Assembly: GCA_040403075.1 (NCBI GenBank)
Contig: JBBALJ010000005.1
Coordinates: 4,948-68,947, forward strand
DNA: 64,000 bases
Direction of reading: 5' to 3'
Origin: Bacteroidia bacterium
GTDB lineage: Bacteria; Bacteroidota; Bacteroidia; UKL13-3
Positions 48,901 to 58,165 of the stretch are shown piece by piece (the stretch's first letter is position 1; each line of letters starts with the position of its first letter). The translations under genes were made by a program, and so were the position numbers. The notes beneath the pieces were generated by a model. It saw only the letters and a program-made list of their open reading frames with translations, searched no databases and was not told the origin of the DNA.

Positions 48901-51297
48901 TGATTTATATGTGCCAGAGCTATTGAAAACAATGGATTGAAGCGTAGTTGGAACACAAGATACACTTACATTAATTCTATATAAAACTACATTTTTTGTA
49001 CCAGGTATGGCATTAGTAATAGTAGCTGAAGCATTTGATAAAATAATGCAATTCGGGTTATTGAAAATGCTAACGTTTAATTTGCTGGTATCGCTGCACT
49101 GTAGTTGGTTTTTACCTTCTATTTTGATGCTACCTGCACCGCTTGAATCCCATTGTACCAAAATTGAGTTTGTACCTTGGCCTGAAACAATTCTTCCATT
49201 CACAATCGACCAAGTGTATGTAATATTTGCAGTGAATGGAACGCTATAAGTATAAGTAACATTATTAAAAACATTGTTGAAAGGACCTATAATACTGTCA
49301 ATAATATGAGTAGGAGTAATATCTATGTTGCTTGTTGTTAGTCCAATAGCAGTGGTTTGACCATTTGTAAAGGTTAAATCGTTATAGTTAATAGAAATAT
49401 TGTGATTTAATGCCTGACATTGAATATCCGCAGTTAATAACAAATAATTTGAATCATTGTTGAACGTGTAATTTAATCCTGAGAATATCTGAAGCCCAGC
49501 ATCAATTCCTATAGTTTTAGTTGCTAATAAAACAGGAGTTCCAGTTGTTAGGTCTGATTTGGTATGATACCATAACTTGAAGTTTAAAATATCATTTGAA
49601 TTGTAGGAACCAGAGCTTATAAATTTTATTGTATTCAAATTAATGCCAGAACAAATGCTTGGAAAATCGATTCTGTATAAAACTACATTTTTTGAACCTT
49701 TTAGCGGTTTGTTTTGAGCAATAGCAGCATTTTTTATGCTGATATAACTAATAGTATCAATAATGCCATTGTCTGCAAATCCAATGGAAGCCACAGAAAA
49801 TTTTCCACCATATTTTGATGCATTTAAATAATCGTTTAGCACTTGAGAATAAGGACCGTTACCAATAGCAAATTTTGAAGGAGATTTATACCAATTTCCA
49901 AATAAATCATTACACACAATATTCGAAGATGATCTAGAAAAAGAAGATAGTTCATCTATGTTATTCCATTGCAATTTTATGTTCAAGTTGCTATTTCCTG
50001 GGATTGCCTCACTTATATCCCAAGTTTTATTGATGGCATTATTTGTAATTATTCCTGAATTATTTGAAAGACCTTTTGATACCTTTACCTTGATATCATC
50101 TAATATACAAGTATTTTGAATAGTGGCGGGATTATAGTCAGTCATGGTTCCAACAGGGAAAACTACTGGTGTAACTTTCCCCGTTTTGCCTATTCCATTA
50201 AAAATAAGGCAACCAGTTAAATTTGTGACCACATATCCTGAATCACTTTCGCCATTGGTAGTTCCGTTAGAACCTATGGTTAGATTATTATTATTTAAAA
50301 TAATTTTTCCTTTAGAAAAGTTTAATTGACTCAACACATTAATACCACCACCAAGAGTTACATGATAAGGGTTTTGTTGGGTCATTTTACTTATTGTGAA
50401 GGGTAAGACAGTATTTTGTATTCTGTCTGTACCAGGGATGTCGTTCCCTTTAAATACAATACTACCATTAGCATTAGTAATGGTTCCATAATTCCAAAAA
50501 TCTGTCCTTACTGTAACTGTATTTCCTGAATTTATATAGTGTGTTGCGCCAGGCATGAGGGTATATCCTCTTATATCCATTCCACCAGAAAACCCGCCAG
50601 TGTATATATTTACTTCCTTGTTCGTACCTAAACTTACTGTAGTATCATTACCCGTTCTTTGAGATTTTTGAATCCACTGATTTCCAGTCCAATAGGCAGG
50701 AGTGAAACACCTTTGTTGGTTTGTTAGAACTGTTGCAAGGTTAGCAGAAGCACTGTTAGCAACCACTGTGATCCTATTACCTGAAAGATCTGGAACTAAA
50801 AAACCCGCACTTGAAGAGCCATGAAATTTCCATGCAAACTTAGGAGGTATAGTTGTAGAAAACGGAACGGTATTGTTCATGGTAATTCTAAAACAATTTA
50901 TTCGCTTTCCTTTTTGGACATTGGTCCCAAGTCCTGAACTAACAATTGTGATAATTTTTCGCCAATAATCAGTCATTCCGCTTACAGTATAAATTGCTAC
51001 AGAAGTTTGCTGATTGGTTTTTAATTCACTATACTGTTCGGTGATACTAATGGTTCCTCCATTTCGCCATCCTTGATCAGCTACGAAGGCTATCGTGCCC
51101 CCACTGAGTTCAAAATCGGCTGTATCTGTATTATATAAATAAACATCAAGTTGGTATGAGGTGGGGCTTAATAGTTTTTCATTTTCTAACCTCCATTCGA
51201 ATTTGGGTAGTTGGGCAAATCCAATAAACTGAAAAAGACAAAGGACAAGCCATGTCGATATTCTTAGTTTAAATTTGATTATCAGGTTATTGTTCAT
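45964..51297 (-). CDS. giant secreted repeat protein B (5 two-part modules) with type-A T9SS C-terminal domain
   Basis: 1777-aa ORF with a signal peptide (..FIGFAQ). Five NVVLYR.../...SGQGTN modules. C-terminus IFPNPNNGQFTIQINS...GIYLLKIKSDNEQVIKTLVIK. It stops 7 nt before the start of gene A. Confidence 0.85.
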   Translation of the reverse strand: MNNNLIIKFKLRISTWLVLCLFQFIGFAQLPKFEWRLENEKLLSPTSYQLDVYLYNTDTADFELSGGTIAFVADQGWRNGGTISITEQYSELKTNQQTSVAIYTVSGMTDYWRKIITIVSSGLGTNVQKGKRINCFRITMNNTVPFSTTIPPKFAWKFHGSSSAGFLVPDLSGNRITVVANSASANLATVLTNQQRCFTPAYWTGNQWIQKSQRTGNDTTVSLGTNKEVNIYTGGFSGGMDIRGYTLMPGATHYINSGNTVTVRTDFWNYGTITNANGSIVFKGNDIPGTDRIQNTVLPFTISKMTQQNPYHVTLGGGINVLSQLNFSKGKIILNNNNLTIGSNGTTNGESDSGYVVTNLTGCLIFNGIGKTGKVTPVVFPVGTMTDYNPATIQNTCILDDIKVKVSKGLSNNSGIITNNAINKTWDISEAIPGNSNLNIKLQWNNIDELSSFSRSSSNIVCNDLFGNWYKSPSKFAIGNGPYSQVLNDYLNASKYGGKFSVASIGFADNGIIDTISYISIKNAAIAQNKPLKGSKNVVLYRIDFPSICSGINLNTIKFISSGSYNSNDILNFKLWYHTKSDLTTGTPVLLATKTIGIDAGLQIFSGLNYTFNNDSNYLLLTADIQCQALNHNISINYNDLTFTNGQTTAIGLTTSNIDITPTHIIDSIIGPFNNVFNNVTYTYSVPFTANITYTWSIVNGRIVSGQGTNSILVQWDSSGAGSIKIEGKNQLQCSDTSKLNVSIFNNPNCIILSNASATITNAIPGTKNVVLYRINVSVSCVPTTLQSIVFNSSGTYKSSDIDNFKIWFHTNSAFDIGTPVLLSSKTSNLDTGFQNFTSLNQIYQKGLGYIFITTDIQCKAKSGSIIIKAIGLNNLAFSTGNSSGNGFTSSTVNYNELDIIDSIVGPKSNIYTNTVYNYSVKNQSQTNYNWAITNGTILSGQGTNSISVQWDSLGIGRLFVEGTNQLLCNDTASFSLNISYNPNCIQLSSGTAPDNNPIMGTKNVVLYRINVSVSCIPTLLKSLKFVTSGGYTGNEIDSLKIWFHTDSLFNIGKPILIDSKTNGLGPGNQNFLSLNLTLPIGKSYIFITANLLCSPISSNIIINPINTNDILFSTGNSTSNGFSSSLININQADLVDSIKGPNINASTNISYKYNVSPLPNITYQWIVTNGNITSGQGTNEITVEWLNNGIGNILLVGQNAQMCLDTSQLQVTISNNPGCVSVANGIAPINNPTRGAKNVVLYRVDLNVSCNSPLINSLQFTTQGNYNSNDISNFKIWYHNSTNFKSGAPILLSTKTTNLNPGIQKFTFFATPLPNGSNYIFLTADISCVANKKDIIVKAITNTDVGLSSGTPVGSTFASSTVSINNTAIIDNIVGQQNVFTSSVYTYNVTLVPGTFYNWTVTNGTVVSGQGTNSITVQWFDSGPGSIMADATNVNQCSASSNKSVIVTNNSPIISLKNGTAPQPIPSKGQNNIVLYRIDIKVESYDAVLAGIKFKTGGTYEDSDISNFKIWYHNKPSFKVGTPILLDTKTANTGAGIQEFYNLTRTLPVDSHFIFITADIPCGANNKVIYFNALTQDDISFNYGIIKSADFISKPVTINPLPIVNNIDGQTNNVRTKLNYAYSVVQQEIANYEWHVTNGVIISGQGTNAITLNWLSEGQGSVKIVATNQFQCSDSAQLNLNIFTNRTGIENIKNLSEVEIFPNPNNGQFTIQINSITKSEAIFSICNLIGQEVWTEKLLTVTGKQKIDIDSKLNTGIYLLKIKSDNEQVIKTLVIK
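46250..49720 (-). repeat. intragenic tandem array, about 5 x ~705 bp
   Basis: The GQGTN codon block recurs at 49168, 48463, 47758, 47056 and 46351, with spacings of 705, 705, 702 and 705 bp. Array ends are approximate. Confidence 0.85.
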
Positions 51298-51468
51298 TAT
51301 TATCCAAATACAAACGCAATTTAATAAAAATCAATTCATATTGCTTTAATATTTAAAATATTAAGAAATTTTTCAATAATTTACATTGTCGTGACTTTTT
51401 ATAAATACAATTTCAATTTAGTGTTCATAATGCTTTATAAGTCACATTAAAACCTATAAATCGATTAA

Positions 51469-51476
51469 TATATTTG
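51469..51476 (+). promoter_or_regulatory. candidate -7 box TATATTTG
   Basis: Exact TAnnTTTG, 21 nt before the ATG at 51497. No clear -33 TTG. Confidence 0.3.
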
Positions 51477-51496
51477 AGGATTAAATATTATTGTAC

Positions 51497-52837
51497 ATGT
51501 CAATACTAAAATCTTCATTTTTTGTATCACTAACTTTGTTAGTTTTAGTTGTTAATGCTCAGGTAAAGCCCTCTGTATCTCTTGATGCAAAAACATCTGG
51601 AGGCTTCTATCAAAATTATTTCGATCTAGGAGAAAATGGATTTGTTGTGGTTTTGAATAAATCAAAGAACGATATCAAAGCTTCAGTAAGTATAAAAGAG
51701 TCTAGTAATATAGCATATTATTTTAGTAAAGATTTAAGCAAACGAACCATAATACGATATACTAGTTTGGATAATACCAGTTTCTTGGCAAATGAAAACC
51801 ATATAGTGCTACTTGAGAAAAATGTAGATGTATACAATGTTAAGCTATTTGATTATAACGGAAAGTTGATATCTACCAAGCGACTTGATTTAGCTCAAGC
51901 AGGTTTATCAACTGATAAAATAAATAGAACCTTTTTGAGCAGCGGAACTCGCATAAATTATGAGGTTTACGATTTGATGCAAGGTGTTCATATTTTTTAT
52001 AATGACTTAACTTCAGCTGGACAAAATGATATTATTGAAGCTGATATTGCTTTCCCTAATAGTAATTTATTTGAATCTGTTTCATACCCTAGTGAATGGA
52101 AGTTTCTATCTGAATATAAAGGCTATTATTCATTTTATAGAATTGGGAATAATAAGCAATACAATCCCGATCATACCATTCTTCATTTAGCCATGTATGA
52201 CAACAGTTTTGGGCTATTTCGTGAGTTAAATTCTAATAATATATTGTCATTTGGGGAGACCTTACAAGGTAAAGAGTTCTCTATTGATTTAAATATTGCT
52301 CAACAAGCTTTTTATTTGTCTTATATCAATAAAATTTCGGATAAATATGGATTTTGTGTACAAAAGTATAAGTTTGATAATTTGAGTAATACACTTAAAA
52401 GAACCACAAGAAAAGATGTAGATTTAATTGACAATTCGGTAAATAAATTTGTTGAAACTGATGGTATTTCTACACCTAAAGTTCCACTGTTGAAGCAAAT
52501 CGGAACTGATGAAGAGGTAGTTATTGCTAAGGATAGGTTATCTTTGGTGGACGATGCTGTAAATCAAATTTACATTATTGATGAAAAAGATAACCTAAAA
52601 TATAATGAGGTTCAAACAGGCGATTTTGATATGCTTAATCTAGATGGGTTCTGCGGTGATAACGGTAAAATGTATTCTCGTTTTGATAAAATGATGATGA
52701 AAAATGCCTTAAAACAAATTTGTGAATGCAAACATTGTGAGGTCTTAGACATTGCAGTAGACGAAAAAGGAAATGAGTTATTGATAACCCAAAATGCAGA
52801 GACCAATGTGGTTAATATATACCGATTCATGAAATAA
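51497..52837 (+). CDS. hypothetical secreted protein (no family recognised)
   Basis: About 446 aa from the ATG at 51497 (MSILKSSFFVSLTLLVLVVNAQ, signal-like). C-terminal Cys cluster CECKHC. Divergent from the giant gene pair. Confidence 0.5.
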   Translation: MSILKSSFFVSLTLLVLVVNAQVKPSVSLDAKTSGGFYQNYFDLGENGFVVVLNKSKNDIKASVSIKESSNIAYYFSKDLSKRTIIRYTSLDNTSFLANENHIVLLEKNVDVYNVKLFDYNGKLISTKRLDLAQAGLSTDKINRTFLSSGTRINYEVYDLMQGVHIFYNDLTSAGQNDIIEADIAFPNSNLFESVSYPSEWKFLSEYKGYYSFYRIGNNKQYNPDHTILHLAMYDNSFGLFRELNSNNILSFGETLQGKEFSIDLNIAQQAFYLSYINKISDKYGFCVQKYKFDNLSNTLKRTTRKDVDLIDNSVNKFVETDGISTPKVPLLKQIGTDEEVVIAKDRLSLVDDAVNQIYIIDEKDNLKYNEVQTGDFDMLNLDGFCGDNGKMYSRFDKMMMKNALKQICECKHCEVLDIAVDEKGNELLITQNAETNVVNIYRFMK

Positions 52838-52879
52838 ATTCAATTCAACATTCACAAAATTAATAGCATATTTGCAAGC

Positions 52880-53617
52880 ATGGAAAGAAAGGAATGGTTT
52901 GCCGAATGGTTCGATTCAAAATACTATCATATACTTTACAAAAATCGAAATTATCAAGAGGCTGAGGCGTTTCTTTCAAAATTAATTGATTTCTTAAAAC
53001 CTAACTTATCAGATAAGATAATAGATCTTGCTTGCGGTAAAGGAAGACACTCCATTTATTTAAATAAACTTGGATATAATGTAATAGGAGTTGATCTATC
53101 AGCAAATAGTATCAATGAGGCTAATACTTTTGCTAATGAAAATTTAAAATTTGAAATTGCTGATTTACGCAGTTTGCCATACAATAATACATTTGAAATC
53201 GGGTTAAATCTTTTCACTAGTTTCGGGTATTTTGAATCAGATAAGGTGAACTTGGAAGTGTTTTCTCAATTTAATAAAATTTTGAAACCAAATGGAATAA
53301 TTTTGGTTGATTTTTTGAATGCATCCAAAATTTATGCTCAAACAAACTGTGTTGAAACAAAAGAAATTGAGGGAATTCAATTTCATATTCATAAGAAAAT
53401 TGAAAATAAAAGGGTAATTAAAACCATAGAGTTTAATGACACCGGAGAGAAGAATTTTTATACAGAATCTGTCCAATTACTGGAGCTAAGCGATTTCGAA
53501 AAATTAGTAGAAAACTCATCTTTCAAATTACTCAATGTTTTTGGTAGTTATAGTTTAGAATCTTACAATCAGGAATCGAGTGATAGATTGATTATTGTAG
53601 CCCAAAAAATAGCATGA
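52880..53617 (+). CDS. class I SAM-dependent methyltransferase
   Basis: 245-aa ORF. Motif I IIDLACGKGRHS. Confidence 0.8.
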   Translation: MERKEWFAEWFDSKYYHILYKNRNYQEAEAFLSKLIDFLKPNLSDKIIDLACGKGRHSIYLNKLGYNVIGVDLSANSINEANTFANENLKFEIADLRSLPYNNTFEIGLNLFTSFGYFESDKVNLEVFSQFNKILKPNGIILVDFLNASKIYAQTNCVETKEIEGIQFHIHKKIENKRVIKTIEFNDTGEKNFYTESVQLLELSDFEKLVENSSFKLLNVFGSYSLESYNQESSDRLIIVAQKIA

Positions 53618-54183
53618 TTGAACGGATAATACAATTGGATAAAACGGTATTTATTGCTATAAATAATGGCTTGTCAAATCCATTCTTAGATTTGCTTTGT
53701 CCAATCCTTCGTAATCAGTCTACCTGGTATTTATTGTATGTGGTTTTTATATATTTTATAATTAAACAATATAAGAAACAAAGTTGGAAAATATTTTTAG
53801 GAATAGCGTTAATGATTCTTTGTTCAGATCAATTTAGCGCCAACTTGATTAAGAATACATTTCAGCGTATTAGACCTTGTGCTGAGCCAAGTTTGAGTGG
53901 CATAACTCGTCATTTGATAGCAAGTTGTAATGGATATAGTTTTATCTCTGCCCATGCAACCAACCATTTTGCCATCGCAGCTTTCATCTCCTTTTTCTTA
54001 AAGTCTATCAGTAGATTCCTATTGCCAATATTATTATTGTGGGCAGCAAGCATTGCTTTTTCTCAAGTGTATGTGGGTGTTCATTATCCTTTAGATGTCT
54101 TAGTAGGAGCGATTGTTGGAAGTTTGTTTGGTTTGGCATTCTCAAAATACACTAATAAATATATTCATACTATTCAGACCTAA
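53614..54183 (+). CDS. PAP2-family phosphatase
   Basis: 189-aa ORF. The three PAP2 motifs are KNTFQRIRP, SAH(ATN) and SQVYVGVHYPLD. 4-nt overlap with the methyltransferase gene. Confidence 0.8.
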   Translation: MIERIIQLDKTVFIAINNGLSNPFLDLLCPILRNQSTWYLLYVVFIYFIIKQYKKQSWKIFLGIALMILCSDQFSANLIKNTFQRIRPCAEPSLSGITRHLIASCNGYSFISAHATNHFAIAAFISFFLKSISRFLLPILLLWAASIAFSQVYVGVHYPLDVLVGAIVGSLFGLAFSKYTNKYIHTIQT

Positions 54184-54902
54184 TGAAATATTTTGCTCTT
54201 ATACTACTTTTATTTGGACCCTTGTCAGGAGCATACCTTGCCATTAAAAGTGCAAGTGTCAATCAAAAAACGCTTAAGTTGTTTTTATCTTTTGCAGGTG
54301 GTTATTTATTAGCTGTAACATTTCTAAATTTAATACCTGAAGTATTCTCACAATACAATCATTACAAAGGAATTTTGGTATTATCTGGTTTCTTTTTTCA
54401 GATTTTTCTTGAGAGGTATTCTGAAGGAATTGAGCATGGACACATGCATCTTCATCAAAAAGTGAAGACTAATGTTGTTCCTGTTGGAATTGTTTTAAGC
54501 TTGAGTATTCATTCCTTTACAGAGGGTATTCCACTAGGCGCTTTAATAGATAATGATAAGAGTTTTTACTCTTTGTTGATAGGTATTATTATTCATGAAG
54601 TGCCAGCCTCTTTTGCATTAATTACTATCATGAAAAGTCTGCAATTAAATATGAAACAATTACTATTTGTTTCTTTGGTTTATGCCATCATGTCGCCTAT
54701 GGGTGCTATCAGCAGCAATATAGTTGAGATGTATTTGAATCCGGCTTCATTCAATTATTTTATGGCTTTTGTTATTGGCACATTCTTGCACATCTCAACC
54801 ACCATTTTATTTGAAAATAGCGAGCATCATATTTTTAGCAAACAAAAACTTCTCTCAGTATTGGCTGGAGTTAGCATTGCTGCTTTGATATCACTTATTT
54901 AG
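54183..54902 (+). CDS. ZIP-family metal (zinc/iron) transporter
   Basis: 239-aa polytopic ORF. His-rich loop EHGHMHLH and an HEVPASFA motif. 1-nt overlap (TAATG) with the PAP2 gene. Confidence 0.7.
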   Translation: MKYFALILLLFGPLSGAYLAIKSASVNQKTLKLFLSFAGGYLLAVTFLNLIPEVFSQYNHYKGILVLSGFFFQIFLERYSEGIEHGHMHLHQKVKTNVVPVGIVLSLSIHSFTEGIPLGALIDNDKSFYSLLIGIIIHEVPASFALITIMKSLQLNMKQLLFVSLVYAIMSPMGAISSNIVEMYLNPASFNYFMAFVIGTFLHISTTILFENSEHHIFSKQKLLSVLAGVSIAALISLI

Positions 54903-54935
54903 TTTTTTTTATAACTAAACTAACAGCACTGAAAA

Positions 54936-57335
54936 TTATTTACTTGATTCGCTAATTCTTTTGAATATAGCAATTGAAAACCCTATTATCATTATAATCG
55001 TGCCACCCCATACAAGATTAATCCAAGGGAAAACAATGGCTTTCATAATGATGAAATCACCTGAATTATCCTGCTCAGAAGTTTCTATTGAAATCTTCCC
55101 AGTTTTAGGGTCTAAGTTTTTGAAACTGAATTTTAGTTTTGCTTCATTGCTAATTGCATCATAATTAACTGCGGCATTTTGTTTTATTCCGAACAGCGGA
55201 GTAGCAGTTACAATATTATCCAAAGTGTGAATTTCTAGTTCCGCCCCTATCATTATTTCAAGGTTTTCAACATTCAAATTCGTTTGGCTATTTGCATTTG
55301 AATTGATGTTTTTCAAAATAGCAAATGCATTATTTGTGTATATCGTGTCGCCTTTTTTTACCTCATGCATAGTTAGGTTTATGTATTTGGCTGATTCCTT
55401 TTTTTGCGGAACCGAACTTACATAGGTAAATACATCATGACTGATATAGTGCTTGGTATCAGGATTGGCAACCAAACCAAATTTAGGATTTATTTGTCCA
55501 TTAGGATATAAGTTAAATTCATATTCAACCTCGCCATTATTTGCATTAAGTTTTTTATAATTTACCTTATAATACGTGTTTACCCAGTTTTGAGAATCAC
55601 TTACATAAGTTACCATATAATCACTCATTTTAATGGTTTTGGCTCTTTCTAAAAATACATTTTCTACGTTTTCTTTGGTATTAAATTCATTGCTTAATGC
55701 TTGGCGGCTTTCATTTATTGAGATAACTTTTTTATTAGCAGACGAAACCAAAACACCTATCAACAATACTCCGAAACCAATATGGGCAACCGCTGCTCCA
55801 GCAAATTTTACCTTTCCAGTGAACAATGGTTTCAAAAGAGAAGCGTTTGCTACTACAGTGTAAACGGCAGCAAAAAGTAAACCTATGTAATACCATGATG
55901 TTAACTCGAAAGCGAAAAATAGGGTTGTAGCCAAAACTAAAGAAATCGCAGCATGCAACAGCAGTTTTTTAGTTCCCTCTATGCTATTTTTCTTATATTT
56001 TAGTGTATGAGCAACACCAGTGAGCAATGCTACTAAAATAGCCATTGGCATTTGCCATTTATTGTAGTGATTGATGATGTCAGCCGGTGGGGCTAATTTT
56101 GCATCGAAGATTTTATTAAATACAGGAATAGAGGTAGTTAATATTACCTGAAAGGCTGAAATTACTAAAACCAAACTTCCAATAAACATCCAAAATTCTC
56201 TGGTATAGATATCTTCATCTTTGTTCGATTTCGGAATTAACTTCCATCTAATAATCATCAAAACAATTGATAGTACTACAAATATTAACAAGAAAACCAG
56301 CAACTGTCCGCTCATTCCCAAATCGGTGAAAGAGTGAACTGATGAATTGCCCAAAATGCCTGAACGTGTTAGGAATGTGGCGTAAAGCACCATTAAAAAA
56401 GTTGTGATTATAAGAATAAATGCAACTGAAAGCGAATTTCCAGAATGTTTGTAAATTATCATTACATGAACACCTGCTATCAAAATCAACCAGGGAACTA
56501 GAGAAGCATTTTCAACAGGATCCCAAGCCCAATAACCGCCAAAACTTAAACTTTCATAAGCCCAAAAACCACCCATAATGATTCCAGTGCCTAAAACCAT
56601 TGTGCTAACTAAAGCCCATGGCAAGGCTGGTTTTAGCCACTCCGTAAACTGCTTTCTCCACAATCCAGCTATTGCATATGCAAAAGGTACAACTGTGGTA
56701 GCAAATCCGAAGAATAGGGTAGGAGGGTGTATAACCATCCAATAGTTCTGCAACAATGGATTTAAACCATTACCATCTTTAATTTTTGATAAATAATCTG
56801 CCTGCTTGAATATAGGTGCCTCACCCATCATATTTCTTAGTAATTCAAATGGGCTACTACCTAATTTGTAACCTAATATTTTTACTCCTAAAAGCATACT
56901 CGTTAAAGCTATTTGAGAAAGCATTACTAAGGCCATTACAGAATTGGTCCATCCTTTAGCGGTTTTTAGTAATATTTGACCAATTACCATTTGCCAGAAA
57001 ATCCATAACAAGAAACTCCCTTCCTGACCTTCCCAAAAACAAGAAATCATGAAATGTACGGGCAAATCTCTCGATGAGTGCTGCCATGCGTAATAATATT
57101 CAAATAAATGTTGATGAATGATATAAAATAAGATGCTTATTATGGATATAACCGCAAGACTATGAAGATGAAAGGTATATTTGGCAATTAATCCCCAACT
57201 CTTATCTAATGGATTTTTCTCAGCCAGAAAAAAAGCTAATGTTGCTAATATAGAAGAAATAAATGAAAGTACGATTGCAGTATGACCGAGATTTCCCCAG
57301 ATTAAATGCTCTCCCTGAAATATAACTTGATTCAT
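54936..57335 (-). CDS. cytochrome c biogenesis protein, CcsA/CcmF family (heme handling)
   Basis: 799-aa polytopic ORF. Trp-rich motif GGYWAWDPVEN. A ~250-aa non-hydrophobic C-terminal segment ends with a final TM. Confidence 0.8.
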   Translation of the reverse strand: MNQVIFQGEHLIWGNLGHTAIVLSFISSILATLAFFLAEKNPLDKSWGLIAKYTFHLHSLAVISIISILFYIIHQHLFEYYYAWQHSSRDLPVHFMISCFWEGQEGSFLLWIFWQMVIGQILLKTAKGWTNSVMALVMLSQIALTSMLLGVKILGYKLGSSPFELLRNMMGEAPIFKQADYLSKIKDGNGLNPLLQNYWMVIHPPTLFFGFATTVVPFAYAIAGLWRKQFTEWLKPALPWALVSTMVLGTGIIMGGFWAYESLSFGGYWAWDPVENASLVPWLILIAGVHVMIIYKHSGNSLSVAFILIITTFLMVLYATFLTRSGILGNSSVHSFTDLGMSGQLLVFLLIFVVLSIVLMIIRWKLIPKSNKDEDIYTREFWMFIGSLVLVISAFQVILTTSIPVFNKIFDAKLAPPADIINHYNKWQMPMAILVALLTGVAHTLKYKKNSIEGTKKLLLHAAISLVLATTLFFAFELTSWYYIGLLFAAVYTVVANASLLKPLFTGKVKFAGAAVAHIGFGVLLIGVLVSSANKKVISINESRQALSNEFNTKENVENVFLERAKTIKMSDYMVTYVSDSQNWVNTYYKVNYKKLNANNGEVEYEFNLYPNGQINPKFGLVANPDTKHYISHDVFTYVSSVPQKKESAKYINLTMHEVKKGDTIYTNNAFAILKNINSNANSQTNLNVENLEIMIGAELEIHTLDNIVTATPLFGIKQNAAVNYDAISNEAKLKFSFKNLDPKTGKISIETSEQDNSGDFIIMKAIVFPWINLVWGGTIIMIIGFSIAIFKRISESSK

Positions 57336-57534
57336 TAATTATTTAATTTTACTTGATATCTGCAAACATACATAATGCTAACAGATTACTGATACGCACT
57401 TATGTGAAACTTGTCATATGTTCAATAATTATCAATCTAATTGTAGTATTTTAATTACATTCTTAAGTAATTTTCCTTCAAAAGAATAAAATTCACAAAA
57501 ACATTACATAGTTTTTATGATAAATTACAAATTA

Positions 57535-57567
57535 TTGGTTAATGCTGCCAATTATTACCTATGTTTG
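57535..57567 (+). promoter_or_regulatory. candidate promoter: TTG-N22-TATGTTTG
   Basis: TTG at 57535-57537 and TATGTTTG at 57560-57567, 36 nt before the ATG at 57603. The spacer is slightly long. Confidence 0.35.
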
Positions 57568-57602
57568 TAACTTAAATAACCAACGAGGCAAAATACGCAT
57601 AT

Positions 57603-57974
57603 ATGAGAGACGCAGGCATGTATACACAGTTGTGGAAGAAATACCTTCCCGTAATTAGATTGCTACTTAAGAAAACAGTAGATGGGGAGCAAAAACTTCA
57701 AATTTATAAACATGAGTTTGAAAGTACTGGGGCTCGTAATAAACTAGGTTATGTGTTTAGTCTTGAATTAGTAAATGGAAAGCCTATTAACAAAAGCAAT
57801 ACTACGGCTGTGGCAAGTGACTTGTATGGAGTTCTGAGTTCAAATGAAGCAGTAGCTGAATGGTTAAAGGATCAAAATATCAAAATTAGCGTAGGTCGTT
57901 CGTGTGAATTAGTTATGCAGAAATTTGAAAAGGTAGTTAAAGAAGTGGCACCTGAGCCAGTAGCTTCTGCATAA
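57603..57974 (+). CDS. hypothetical protein
   Basis: 123-aa ORF (alternative ATG at 57618). No motif recognised. It has its own candidate promoter and terminator. Confidence 0.4.
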   Translation: MRDAGMYTQLWKKYLPVIRLLLKKTVDGEQKLQIYKHEFESTGARNKLGYVFSLELVNGKPINKSNTTAVASDLYGVLSSNEAVAEWLKDQNIKISVGRSCELVMQKFEKVVKEVAPEPVASA

Positions 57975-57995
57975 TTTCCAAATTATATAATGAGG

Positions 57996-58030
57996 AATGC
58001 GCTTTATTTTGATATGAAGTGCATTTTTTG
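57996..58030 (+). terminator. hairpin plus T-tract terminator
   Basis: AATGCGCTT (57996-58004) pairs with AAGTGCATT (58017-58025) through one G-U pair, followed by ttttgttttt. Confidence 0.55.
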
Positions 58031-58165
58031 TTTTTACTCAGGCTATTCGTTTATAGCTAATTCCTAAAAATACCATTTAAAAGATAAATGTACCTTTTGT
58101 TAAAAATCTTTTATAAAATAAAATATATCAAATAAATTGCCCCAAACTTCAAAACAAAATAAAAT

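Noticed and set aside
42310-49720. Regular periodicity that might suggest a CRISPR-like or satellite array
   Set aside because: The period is ~705 bp. The units are fully coding in one continuous frame and diverged, so these are protein domain repeats, not CRISPR repeats or noncoding satellites.
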